Shown one piece after another: positions 13,790-25,540 of a stretch of DNA of 64,000 nucleotides (positions within the stretch are counted from its first letter, which is position 1; each line of letters opens with the position of its first letter). A program made the translations under genes and the position numbers. The notes beneath the pieces were generated by a model. That model saw only the letters and a program-made list of their open reading frames with translations. It did not search any database and was not told the DNA's origin. The DNA is from Chiloscyllium plagiosum (Eukaryota), in NCBI RefSeq assembly GCF_004010195.1, contig NC_057725.1:31159104-31223103 (forward strand), written 5' to 3'.

Positions 13790-14315
13790 GTCATATACAG
13801 TACATATGTATATGAAACAGATTCTTTGGTCTAACTAATCCATGCCAACCATAATCGCAGACTAACTAATCCCACCCGTGGCACTTAGCCCATACCCATC
13901 CAAACATTTCTTATTTATGTACTTGTTTAAATGTCTTTTAAATCTAACTGTACCTGCATCCATTTCCTCTGGAAGGTCATTCCAAGCATGAACAACTGTG
14001 TAAAACAAAAAAGCTTCCCCTCACGTCTTTATAAAATTTTTCTTCTCTCACCTGAGAAATATGCCTCCGGTCTTGAAATCCTCCAACCTTGGGAGAAGAC
14101 ACTTGCCATTCACCTTATCTATAACCCTCATGATTTTATTAGATCTCTATAAAGGTCACCTCTCAACTTCCTAAGCTCCACTGAAGAAAAGTCCCAGCTT
14201 ATCCAACCTCTCCACCCCTGGCAACTTCCTCATAAATCTGTTCAGTTTATGAATATCCTTCCTATAAGGAGAGACAAGAACTGCACAGTACTCCAGAAGA
14301 GGCCTCACCAATGTC
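13790..14315 (-). mobile_element. CR1/HER1 LINE 3' fragment
   Basis: Collinear with the 2081-2580 copy. Confidence 0.8.
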
Positions 14316-14617
14316 CTTGAGTATCTTCCCATTCAGTATCCTCCCATTTCTCAATTTATCAAAAGTTCTTATGTACATTTTATTTTCCTCTCCCAGATCA
14401 AATCATCAATCTAATGTGGGCTCTGCATGGATGCTGGAGATTCACCAATTAGAAACACTGTTTACAGTCCCAGCAGAACTGCTAATCCAAATTGCTCCCA
14501 TCAGATAACCAACTTGCTGTCCTTCTACATTTTCACAGGCTGTACATCTGAAATAATCCAACAAACCTCTTGAGATACCTTTTAGTATGTAGGAGGTACT
14601 CACTATCTTTAACTTTA

Positions 14618-14735
14618 TTAGAGGGATATGGGTCAAGTGCTGGCAAATGGGACTGGATTGGGTTGGGATATCTGGTTGGCATGGACGAGTTGGACCAAAG
14701 GGTCTGTTTCCACGCTGTACATCTCAATGACTATT
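14618..14735 (+). mobile_element. Short CR1/HER1 3' end
   Basis: LEGYGSSAGKWD plus 3'UTR. Confidence 0.85.
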
Positions 14736-15419
14736 ACAAAGAAATACAAGAATAAGGGCAGGCCATTCAGGCGTCTGGTCAGTTCTGATCTTTAATGGAT
14801 CATGGTATATCTGTACCTTAATTTCATCTACCTATCTTGGTTGCATAGCCCTTAATTCCCTTGGCTAACATTTAGCCAGTTACGAAAGTCTAAGGCAGCA
14901 AACACTGCAGCTAAACAATTGATTAAAGATCTTGATTAAGGTTTGGTGTCAAAATTTACAGGAAAAACAAGAGGGATTTCAAATATATACACGATTGCAC
15001 AATTTTGAGAGAGTAGATTCTGCAGAAAATATACAATTAGAATTGCATTGTTTTTATATGGTTTGCATGGCAAAGTGCTGAAGAAACTTATTCTCTCTCC
15101 ACAGGTATGACCAGGCCTACTGAGCTTCTTCAAGCCTCAGTTTTTGTTTCAGATCTCCAGCATCAGCAGTATTTTGCTTTTATTAACATTTTCATCCCTT
15201 TGTTTTCCAAACACATGAGTGTCTCCTCCCCATCTCCCTCTCATTTCCTCCTGTCCACAACTACTGTCAAAAGACAAGTGTACTCCTTTAGTTCCAGCCC
15301 TTTGCACATCTTGATTTTCACTGACCCACCATTAGCACCTGTGCTTTTAGCTGCCTCGACCCAAAATGTAGAAATGCAATTAAGTTTTTGTCTCTCCAAT
15401 TTTTCTCAACAACCTTTTT

Positions 15420-16820
15420 AAGCATCTTTGACATAAATAATCATTTCAAAGTGCTTCACAGATTTATAAAACAAAAAAGTGCGACATTAGACAAGGAAAT
15501 ATTAGGTTAAATGGACATTTGCAGCAAAGGAGGTCGAGTGGCCCATTGCATCTATGCTGGCCAATAAGAGTCCGTCTACACTAATCCCATTCTCCAGCTC
15601 TGGCCCATAACCCAGCAGGCTATGGCACTCTAGTAAATATCTAAAATATTGCTCAAATGTTACAAGAGTTTCAAACTCACCCACTTTCAGGCAGTTAAGT
15701 TAGAGACTTCTACCACTTTCTCGTTGAAAAAAAATCTTAACTCTATTTAGCATAATACCTCTTTACCTTAGGTCTACCTGGTTATTAATTTCTCTGCTAA
15801 TGAAAAAAAAAGTCTTCCTGATCCCCTTTTTCCTCAATCTTATACATCTCTTATCAGGTCCCCTCTCAACTTCCACTGCTGAGGAAAATAATGCTGCCTC
15901 ACCCAATCTTCCCATGTAGCTCAAACCCTCCAACACAGGCAACCTCCTGGTAAATCTCCAGAGGTTCTCGGAACAAGAATGAGAAATTTAAAAATATATC
16001 AATGCATCGCTTGACCCAGAATCACCAAGGACCAGCTGATAGGAAACAGGACTTGATACAGACTACGTCATAGTAGCCAAATTTTGGATGAACTCAAGAT
16101 TATGGAAAGTTAAATGTGGGACACCAGCCAGAATCTTGTTAGAGTAGTTGAATCTGGAGGTATGAATGAGGGATACAGCAGATGAGCTGAGTCAGGGGCA
16201 AAGTTGGGCAAATTTACAGAGGTGGAAAAGGTAATCTTAGTAGTGACATCAATATTCAATTGAAAGATTTGCTGTCATATTTTATAATTTGTGAACAGAC
16301 TGGTTTAATCTCAGACTGTTGCCAACAAGAGGGATGGATTCCGTGACTAGGTTATAATGTTTTGAGTAGGGATATAAAACAATATCTTTAGTTTTCCCAA
16401 TATTTAACTCGAGGAAAATTCTGCTTCTCCAGATTTCAGGTAAGCAGCCTGATAATTCAGCAAAAGTCGAGAAATTGAGAGAGGGATGGTACTACAATGG
16501 AACTGGGTGCCAGTAGGATAGATGTGAAAGCTATCATTGTTTTTCAATGATGCAGCTGAAGAACAGAATGCAGATGAGAAACAGAGGGTGCCAAGAATAG
16601 ATTCTTCAGATATCACTTGAAAGAATGGTATGAGAATAGGAAGAGGTGTCATGAGTGATTATCTGGCCTCATTAAGGTAGGCATGGAAACAGGAGAAAGC
16701 AGTTATCCTCAGCAGAGGACAACTTGGTCAATCATTTCAAATAGCATAGATACATTAAGAAGCACAAGAAAGGAAAGTCTATCGTAAGAACATGTTATCT
16801 GTGATTTAAATAAGAGCTGT
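15420..16820 (-). mobile_element. Decayed L2-type LINE with a CR1 3' fragment (about 15510-15965) inserted
   Basis: L2-like minus-strand motifs (ttcccaatatttaact, aactgggtgccagtagg) flank a reverse CR1 tail. Confidence 0.6.
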
Positions 16821-17462
16821 TTTGACTTTTCCAGCACCACACCCTTCGACTCTGATCTCTAGCATCTGCAGTCTTCACTTTCTCCTGGCAATTTAGTGAG
16901 GTAAAAACTGGAATGGAGAGATTCCAGCATGGAAGTTAGGAAAGGATTTACATCACTTTGGAGGATCTTGGAATGAGTTACAACAAAGGTGCTATACAAA
17001 TGCAAGCCACAGTTGTTCTGGGAGCACAACAGTACTGTCCCTACTCAGACAGATGGGCAAGGCAGGTTCAAGTCCCAACTGCTTCAGAGGTGGGCAATCA
17101 CATGGCTAAACAGGTCCATTAAAACACTTGACTCATGTCCTGCCCAGTTCTGAAAACCGCCAATCATCTTCAACAATCCAGACACGATACCCACCCTAGC
17201 CACACCCTAACACTGACAGATGTCAATCATTCGGCCAATTGATACAATCTACCCAGTGCCGAGCATGTCTGAAGTGTTTTGGTTAATAATGTTGAGATTC
17301 AGTAGTATGATAATGGGAAAAAGTTTCCAGAGCTGAAACAAATCAAACCTACGACGCAAAAATAAGGTGCAATTAACAATGACAAATGCAGGAGTAAACA
17401 AATCCCAGAAACGCCAACCACACATCTGCAAATTACATTGGTTGTCTGGTCAGGATGGTTTA

Positions 17463-17680
17463 CCCTTAGCAAAATAACCAAACGAATGTCCATGACAATG
17501 GGAATCTCGGGGCGACAATGTAAAAATGAGCCGCCGCTTGGGTGGGGGTAAGAAATAGCAAATCCACACAACGATACAGTTTTCTCGCTTGCTGAGGCGC
17601 TCTCTCCCTGCCCGTTAATCAATTGCTGCAGCCTCTCTGTCTCAGTCCACAGGAACCATCAACACACACAAACCCCAACT
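17463..17680 (-). other. Candidate second or alternative 5' exon of the minus-strand gene
   Basis: CpG-rich unique block ending at AGG|gtaaac on the minus strand, with ATG GAC ATT CGT (MDIRLVILLR) open to the donor. Confidence 0.3.
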
Positions 17681-18414
17681 GCATTTTATCGAACAGAAAC
17701 GAGGGGGTGAGAAATGAAAATCAATCCCCCACCCCTCCAAACGCAAGTTGCGCTTTTACAAACAGAGTGCCCTTTTTTTTTGACAATCCACGCCAGTGGC
17801 ACTTAATCATTCAAAGAGATACACGACAGGTTGGAATTGTTGCGCCCGCTCCCTCTACGTAGAAATAAAGCAGAACATTGCAGATGATGTGAAACTAGAT
17901 TTAAAGACAGAAAACGAGAGAAACACTCATTAGGTCGGGCAGCTCGAATGGAGAGGAATCCCCAAAACATGCTGCCTGCCCATTTCCAGTTTTCATTTCT
18001 TATTCTAAGAAAGGATCAGATTTGAGAGAGCCGCCTCGATCTCCAAGCTGAAGCCCAATGAGTTTGTACAGCGATTTCCAACAATTGACCTAAAATCAAC
18101 AACACTGGAACATGTCTCTGTCATTTAACAGACAGAAATGTTCCAGTATCAAAAAAAATTCATCTAACTTTTCGTCGGCGACTGTATTATTTAGAAAATA
18201 TTTTTAAAATGCTAGATGATAGAGCGTTTGTTCTATCAACCTTCTTTAAATACGCTGCAACACATTCACAGATACCCTGCAAATATAAAACATACGTTGC
18301 AAACCGACTTCCATTAATTGAATATTTGAGAAGGATTGCTACTTAAACGCTAATACAGTATAATGATTTTATTTTCCAGCAGCTGGGGCGTTACCCTGTG
18401 CTGTCTTGACTTAC

Positions 18415-18690
18415 CAGAAACTGCAATAAGGAAGGAGCAAAAAGCCGCAATCAGTAGCAGATAAAGAAATAAAACATCACAAATAATAGACAAAGTCTGA
18501 TTGCTTTGGTAATTCTCAGTAATTTCAATAACAAATGACTGCTGCTGTTATTTAAAGCGTTAAATAATAATCAATGGCGCTCTATCTCTCGGTGTTTGTG
18601 TCTAGCTCCCACTTTCAAAAGTTCCTGCAATTTCAGCTAGCGCAGTTGCCTGGAGCTGCGCGCGCAACACAGACTCAAGTTACTATGACC
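18415..18690 (-). other. Candidate non-coding first exon of the divergent gene (probably HRAS by synteny); 5' end approximate
   Basis: Minus-strand donor CTG|gtaagt (acttac at 18409-18414), downstream of minus-oriented CCAAT boxes and GC boxes. No ATG-initiated ORF reaches the donor. The HRAS identity is only inferred from the human head-to-head layout. Confidence 0.5.
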
Positions 18691-19033
18691 CGCACAGCCC
18701 GCCCATCAGACCGTAACCGCTCTTGAATGTGGCTCTTCCATTGGTTCCGCGGGGCGAAATGGCACCGCCCAGGTGTTGCTAGACACGAATAGTGATTGGT
18801 TGCTATAACCATCCATCATCTATTTAAATGATCTAAACGGTTACGGGGATGATGCTTAATAGTTGACTGGAACTGTGATTCATTTCAAACGTGCCCTGTC
18901 GAAACGAGAAAAAAAATGTTAATGTTACGAAAAGTTATTCCAATCCAAGACGATCGGTTAAATGTTGTTTTCCATTGATGGGGACATTTGATTCAACCCA
19001 TGCGCAGCCGCGACTAGGTGGCGAACGCCTCTT

Positions 19034-19121
19034 GCAATGCCAGACGGGATTTGTAGTTTTATAGGCAGGTTATCGGATGCAGGCAGTGATGCAGAGAACT
19101 ACAATCCCCAGTAAATCCTGC
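19034..19121. promoter_or_regulatory. Two divergent ZNF143/Staf-THAP11-type ACTACAnnnCCC motifs
   Basis: Minus strand AACTACAAATCCCGTCTGGCATTGC (19034-19058); plus strand AACTACAATCCCCAG (19097-19111). Confidence 0.75.
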
Positions 19122-19134
19122 TCTCCCCGCCCAC

Positions 19135-19221
19135 ACTCACGGAGCAACAGCGGCGGCTGCGGGGCCGTTGCTAAGGAGTCAGCGGGAACCGGGCAGGCCG
19201 CCTTCACTGAGCTGCTTAGCG
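19135..19221 (+). other. LRRC56: Candidate non-coding exon 1 of LRRC56 (start approximate)
   Basis: GC/CpG-rich segment just downstream of ZNF143 and GC-box motifs, ending in a strong donor GCG|gtgagt at 19222. No ATG. Confidence 0.65.
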
Positions 19222-19327
19222 GTGAGTCCGAGTGGCGATTACAGGCAGCGTGCAATATACAACAGGTTCTGGTATTCTTGCGGAGGGTTTTTATCGATCG
19301 ATAAGCTTCTCCCGGTTGCTAGGGAAC
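19167..19327 (+). promoter_or_regulatory. RFX X-box-like sites
   Basis: GTTGCTAAGGAGTC at 19167-19180 and GTTGCTAGGGAAC at 19315-19327; further GTTGCY half-sites at 18645, 18775, 18799. Fits a motile-cilia gene. Confidence 0.6.
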
Positions 19328-19344
19328 AGGGAGGCGTCACATGG

Positions 19345-19560
19345 GACAACAATAACTTAGCACTTGAATAACCACAAATTATTTAAAGAGCGCTTTTAAA
19401 AGTACACAGAACTGCCTGGAGGGGTCGTTTATCAAACAGAGACTAACACCGAGTCACATGACGAGATTTCATGATGGTTGATCAAAACCCTTGTAAAGAG
19501 ATGGGGGTACTGAAATGTAACTGAGAGGGAGTAGAGGAGTCGGGAAGAGAGAATTCCAGC
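19345..19560 (-). mobile_element. L2-type LINE 3' tail fragment inside the CpG island
   Basis: Resembles other copies in the window (7925-8300, 22990-23280, 36930-37280): atcaaaca...gagtcacatgacgagat...gagagaattccag. Confidence 0.5.
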
Positions 19561-19562
19561 CG

Positions 19563-22290
19563 AAGGAGCGCCGCACAGTCGGAGGAGCAGTACTGAGGAG
19601 GGTCAGTGCCGTGGGAGCGCCGCACAGTCGGAGGAGCAGTACTGAGGAGGGTCAGTGCCGTGGGAGCGCCGCTCTGTCGGAGGGTCAGTGCCGTGGGAGC
19701 GCCGCTCTGTCGGAGGGCCAGTGCCGTGGGAGCGCCGCTCTGTCGGAGGGTCAGTGCCGTGGGAGCGCCGCTCTGTCGGAGGGTCAGTACTGAGGAGGGT
19801 CAGTGCCTTGGGAGCGCTGCGCTGTCGGAGGGTCAGTACTGAGGAGCATCAGTGCCGTGGGAGCGCCGCGCTGTCGGAGGGTCAGTGCCGTGGGAGCGCC
19901 GCGCTGTCGGAGGGTCAGTGCCGAGGGAGCACCGCAGAGTCAGAGGGTCAGTGCCAAGAGAGTGCTGCAGTCGAAAAGTCGGTGCTGACGGAGCGCCGCG
20001 CTGTCGGAGGGTCGGTGCTGATGGAGCGCCGCGCCGTCGGAGGGTTGGTGTTGGAGGGTCTACGCTGTGGACGGATGGTCGTTGTCAGAGAGTCAGTGCT
20101 GAGAAAGCACCGCACTGTCGTAGGGTCTGTGGTGTGGGAGCACCGGGTTGTCAGAGGGTCTCTGCTGAGGATGTGACTCGCTGTCGGAGGTTCACTGTCT
20201 GAGGGGCCGCCGCACTGTCGGAAGGTCTGTACTGAGGGAGTGCCGCAGTGAGAGAGGCACTGTCTGAGAGAGCACCGTGGTGTCGGAGAGTCGATGCTGA
20301 GGGAGCGCTGCACTGTTGGAGGGTCAGTGCCGTGGGAGCGCTGCACTGTCGGAGGGTCAGTGCCGTGGGAGCGCCGCAGAGTCGGAGGGTCAGTACCAAG
20401 AGAGTGCCACAGTCAAAAGGTCAGTGCTGACGGAGCGCCGCGCTGTCGGAGGGTCAGTGCTGACGGAGCGCCGCGCTGTCGGAGGGTCAGTGCTGAGGGA
20501 ACACCACTCTGTCGAAGGGTCACTGTCTGGAGTGCCGCATTGTCGGAGGGTCACTGTCTGAGCGAGCGCCGCACTGTTGGAGGGTCAGTGCTGAGGGGGC
20601 ACCCCGCTGTCGGAGAGTTGGTGTTGAAGGAGTGGCACGCTGTTGGTGGGTCGGTGCTGAGGCATTGCCGCACAGTCATAGGATCAGTGCTGCGGGAGCG
20701 CTGCACTGTCAGGGGGGTGGGGGAGCAGTGCTGAGGGAGCACCGCGCAGTCAGAGCGTCAGTGCCAAGCAAGCGCCGCACAGTCAGAGAGTCAGTGCCAA
20801 TGGAGAGCTGCGCTATCGGGGTTGGGGGAGCAGTGCCGAGCGAGCGCCGCACTGTCGCAGGGTCAGTGCCGAGAGAGCGCCGTACTGTCGGGTGGTCTAT
20901 GCCGAGGGGGCGCCGAACCTTTGGAGGGTCAGTGCTGACGGAGTGCCAGGTTATGCGAGGGTCAGTGCAGAGGGAGCACCACGCTGTCGGGGGATCTGTG
21001 CTGACGGACAGCTGCACTGTTGGAGGGTCAGTGCCATAGGAGCGCCGCACTGTCGGAAGGTCACTGTCTGAGTGAGTGCCGTGGTGTCAAAGGGTCGGTG
21101 CTGAGGGAGCACCCGTGCTGTTGGAGGATCAGTGCTGAGGGAGTGCTCGCGCTGTCCGAGGGTTGGTGCTGAGGGAATGGCGGGTTGTTGGAGGGTCACC
21201 TGTCTGAGGAAGCGCCGCGCTGTCGTAGGGTGTGTCCCGCTGTCGAAGGGTCACTGTCTGATGGAGTGCTGGGCTGTCGGAGGGTCTGTGCTGAGGGAGT
21301 GCCGTGGTGTCAGAGAGGTACTGTCTGAGAGAGCATCACGGGGTTGGACGGTCAGTGCCAAGGGAGCGGTGCTCTATTGGAGAATCGGTGCTGAGGGAGC
21401 AACATGCTGTTGGAGGGTTGGTGCTGAGGGAGTGGCAGGTTGTCAGAAGGTCAGTGCTGAGGAAGCACCATGCTGTCACAGGGACTGTACTGTGGGAGCA
21501 CAAGGTTGTCGGAGGGTCTGTGCTGAGGGAGTGCCGCGCTGTCGGATGGTCACTGTCTGGTGGAGCGCCGCAGTGTCAGAGGGTCTGTGCTGAGGCAGTG
21601 CCACACTGTCAGGGGGTCAGTGCTGAGAGAGCACCACGGTGTTGCAGGGGCACTGTCTGAGAGAGCACCGTGGTGTCGGAGGATTGGTGCTAAGGAAGCA
21701 CTGCACTGTTTGAGGGTCGTTGTATGATGGAGCGCCGCGGTGTCGGAGCGTCGGTGCTGAGGAAGCGCCACGGTGTCGGAGGGTCAGTACTGATCAAACA
21801 CTGCGCTATCGGGAGGGTCACTGCCTGATGGAGCGACTGGCCGTCGGAGGGCCAGGGCTGAGTGAGCGCCATGCCATTGGAGGGTCTGTGCTGAGCGAGT
21901 GCTGTCTGTCGGTGGGTCACTGCCTAAGGGAGGGCCGCTCAGTCGGAGGGCCCGAGCCTGGGGTAGTGCTGTGCTATCCGAGGGCCCATGCCTGTGGGAG
22001 CGCCGCACTGTTGAAGGGCCCGTGCTGAGTGAGCGCCGTGCTGTCGGAGTGTCAGTGGTGCAGGAGTGCTGTTCTGTTAGAGAGTCACTGCTTGATGGAG
22101 TAACTGGCCATTAGAGGGTCAATGCTGAGGAGCACCTCTCCCTCAAAGGGCCAGTGCCGACTGCGTGCCTCTCCCTCGGAGGGTCAGTTCCCAAGGGAGC
22201 ACTGCGCCATCGGAGGGTCTGTGCCCGAGGGAGCTCTGCGCTGTCCGAAGGTCAATACTGAAGAAGTGCCGCACTGTTGGAATGCTGACA
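19563..22290 (+). repeat. GC-rich minisatellite, 33-bp unit (GGGAGCGCCGCTCTGTCGGAGGGTCAGTGCCGT), roughly 80 units
   Basis: Unit starts at 19662, 19695 and 19728 give period 33. Units are near-identical at the left and increasingly diverged to the right. Confidence 0.95.
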
Positions 22291-22500
22291 CTGGGGGCAC
22301 ACCGCCTTGTCCAACTGAGCTTCTAACTGGCCTGTATCTCCCAGGACACTATTGGACACTGTTATCTGTGTATTAGTGCTGACATTTATGTATCTACCAA
22401 TATCACTAAAGCAAATCTGGTCATTGTCTGATCACTGGTTGTGTGATTTCACTGTGCCCAACTGGTTTTGCTGCATTTTTACATATTTGAAAGAATTGTA
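22290..22500 (+). mobile_element. Deu-domain SINE body continuing from the minisatellite
   Basis: ccaatatcactaaagcaaatctggtcatt...ctgtgcccaactggttttgctgcatttttacat resembles the Deu domain also seen near 42900-43020. Confidence 0.6.
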
Positions 22501-22748
22501 ACATTTATATTTAACATGTTAAAGATATGTCATGCAAACATAAATGCTAGATATATTCAACAGGCCAGACAACATCTATGGAGTATGTTCACTTTCATGT
22601 CTGCAACATGATATTTACAAGCCTGAAATATTATCTCTCCCACAGATACTGCTTGCCTTGCTGAGTATTTTCTTTTTGTTGCAGCCTTCCAGTATTTGCA
22701 GTATTTTTGTTGTATACTTATAAAGAAATAAAAGTTATTTCTTTTCAG

Positions 22749-22899
22749 TAATTGATTCCTGATCTTTGTGTTTGATCCAAGCACTGTTAAACTAGGGCAG
22801 GGTTTAACCAGGAGGATGTCCATGATACCAATCGCAGCTAGTGATCCTATTCAAAATGTGCTCATTTCGTACACTTTTTTTGAGATCTAGGAGGCACAG
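22749..22899 (+). other. LRRC56: Candidate 5'UTR exon of LRRC56 containing an upstream ORF
   Basis: Acceptor ttatttcttttcag and consensus donor CAG|gtgagt. Unique-looking sequence whose ATG-initiated frame (MSMIPIAASDPIQNVLISYTFFEI*) stops inside the exon. Confidence 0.45.
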
Positions 22900-24164
22900 G
22901 TGAGTATGAAATGTGTTGCCAATGTAGTTAAATAGTCATCTCCCACTCACTGATTACATAGGAACAGGAAGCTTTGTTTCTGTATTTCTTCATATCTTTT
23001 CCCAACAACACAATAAAACAAAATAAGCAAACACCACAAAGGAAGATATTAGATCAGATGATCAAACAGAGAGATTTTACAGAGTGTCTTAAAAGAAGAA
23101 AGAGGACATTGTGGTGTCAGAGGATGTTCCAGAGCTTGAGCCCTGGGCAACTTAAAGCATACCCACTAATCATACAGTACTTAAAATCAGGATGCAAAGA
23201 AGACTAGAGGAGAGTTATGGAACTGAGGGAGATTACAGGGATGCAGAAGAGAGTTAAAAGCAACTTTTGGAATTTTAAGATAAACAGTTATCAAAAATAT
23301 TCTTAATAAAATTGTTAAGAAACCAAAGGCTACCCACTGCCCCTTGGCTTAGTTAGGATCAAAATAAAGAAAATTGGCAAAGAAAAAATGCAGCTTGTTG
23401 CAATAATGAAGTATTTCACTGTATTGAGTTATGCTATTTTGTTTCTGGTCACACATGCCACTCATATGATTAAAATGAGGCTCATTTACAGAGTGGGCAT
23501 ACTCTGGCACTTTTGGCATCAGATTAAGATGAAGAAGAGAACAGAAAAGCCTTAATCTTTTGATGTGCTGCATTTATTTTCTCCTATGTATGCAACCTGT
23601 TGAGTATCTTTGTACTTTTTAAGATATTTACTTAATTGTAAACTTGAAATTTCATTTCAAGCAGGGAAATCAGTTGGATTTGTTTGAACCTTACTGCAAG
23701 TAACATTTTGAATAAACGTTTTTTATTCCCTTTTAACTGAAATCACAGAAAGTAATGAATCAAGTCAGTGAAGGTGAATGCAATGAGTCTGTGTTATCCA
23801 CTTGACTTGTTGTTCCATTTCTAAAGCTGCGCTAGTTTGAATGTATGTCTGGCGTCTTATATCCAGCTTCCCAGTCATTATTAAAGTTATCAGTTAGCAG
23901 CTGAGATTCCAAGACTTGACAAAACTCAACTTCCTAAAAGAAACTAAAAGTTATGATTCAAGATTCAGATCACTATTATCGTAAACTAAATTTTATATTT
24001 TTGTTTGGTATCCTAAAAAATTATGTGGTTACAGTAGTTTGTTGTTTAATGCTGAACAAATCTGCCTTAATAGTTTATAAAGTTGAGGAGGACCTCATGA
24101 TACATCTGGCAAGCCAAACACAGTGGGAAAGGTCGCTAGACTCTCTACATTTAAATACAGCGTA

Positions 24165-25540
24165 AATAAGATCCTGAAGGGGCTTGATACAATAGATACT
24201 GAGAGGTTATTTCCCCTAGCAAGGGAACCTATAACACCCGGGCAGCATCTCAGGATAAGTGGTAAACGATTTAAAATTGAAATGTGGAAACGTTTCTTCA
24301 CTCGGGGGTTATGAATCTTTATTGTTTTGTATTCCAAGGATTGTGGATTCTCCATTATGAATATATTTAAAACGGAGGCAGACATACTTTGGTTCCTCAG
24401 GGAAACAAGGGCTAAAGGAGCATAGAGGAAAATTGAGTTGGAGTAATATGTCAACCCAGATCGTATTGAAAACAGAGTAGGCTCGAGACACTGCGAGGTC
24501 TACTCCTGCTCCTATTTCTTATTCTCTTGGGTTCAGTTTATTACATATCCCTTTGAATTGGTTTGAAGGCAGGAGACAGAATGGTGGTAGAAGGTTGGTT
24601 TTTGGACTGGAGGTCTGCGACCAATGGTGTGTGCTGGCATCTGTGCTGGGTCCACTGCCTTTTGGCATTTATATAAATCATTTGTATGTTACTATCGGAG
24701 GAATGGTTAGAATATTTGCAGGTGACACCAAAATTGGTGGTGTTGTGGACAGTGAAGAAGATTACCTCAGAGTACAGTGGGACCTTGATCAAATGGGACA
24801 ATGGGTCGAGAAGTGGCAGATGGCAGATGGTTCATAGTTCTTTGAATGGGGAGTCACAGCTAGACAGGGTAGTGAAGAATGAATTTGGCATACTTGCTTT
24901 AATTGGCCAGTACATTGAGTACAGGAGTTGGGATGTCATATTGCAGCTATACAGGACCTCAGCTAGGCCACTTCTGGAGTACAGCATTCAATTCTGGTCT
25001 CTGCTATAGGAAGGATGTTGTTAAACTTGAAAGGATGCAGAAAAGATTAATAAGGATTTTGCCGGGATTGGAGGGTTTGAGGTACTGGGAGAAACTGAAT
25101 AGGCTGGGGCTATTTTCCCTGAAGTGTCGGAATCTGAGGGATGACCTTATAAAGGTTTATAAAATCATGAGGGGCATGGATAGGGTGAATAGCCAAGGTC
25201 TTTTTCACAGGACAGGGGAGTCCAAAACTGGAGGGCATAGGTTTAAGGTGAGAGGGTAAAGGTATAAAAGGGACCTCAAGAGCAACTTTCCAATGCAGAT
25301 GTTGGTGTGTATACAGAACAAGCTGCCAGCTGCTTTAAAAGTTTTTTATTATAAAAATAAAGTACTTCCATTTTTTTAAAAAAAAGGCATCTGGAATGGT
25401 ACATGACTAGAAAGAGTTTAGAGGGATATAGGCCAAATGCTGGCAAATGGGACTAGACTTGTTTAGGATATCTGGTTGGCATGGACAAGTTGAACCGAAG
25501 GGTCTGTTTCCGTGCTGTACATCCCTATGACTCTAGAGCA
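24165..25540 (+). mobile_element. Two adjacent CR1 ORF2 3' fragments (about 24165-24525 and 24553-25540)
   Basis: KILKGLDTIDTERLFP; FAGDTKIGGVVDSEE; RPLLEYSIQFWS; LNRLGLFSL...DLIKVYKIMRG. Confidence 0.92.

Larger units (their letters stand above)
18640..19330. promoter_or_regulatory. CpG-island bidirectional promoter core
   Basis: High CpG against a CpG-depleted background. TGCGCGCGCA (18657-18666, NRF1-like); CCGCCC boxes (about 18699, 18765, 19127); ATTGG at 18740 and 18795; splice donors pointing outwards on both strands. Confidence 0.8.

Noticed and set aside
1-17300. HRAS coding exons on the minus strand
   Set aside because: I searched by eye for the reverse complement of MTEYKLVVVGAGGVGKS and found none.
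18415-18545. Signal-peptide-like frame (VLFLYLLLIAAFCSFLIAVS) ending at the minus-strand donor
   Set aside because: No in-frame ATG before an upstream TAA; the hydrophobicity follows from T-rich composition.
19563-22290. CRISPR-like array
   Set aside because: Contiguous tandem units with no unique spacers, in eukaryotic DNA with no cas genes.
19606-22376. Many overlapping Arg/Cys/Gly-rich ORFs with 11-aa repeats
   Set aside because: They arise from a 33-bp unit that is a multiple of three and poor in stops. They are open in several frames on both strands and show no protein-like constraint.
24553-25259. Intact reverse transcriptase gene
   Set aside because: Frameshifted, 5'-truncated CR1 debris, like the other CR1 ORFs (35574, 44503, 61674).
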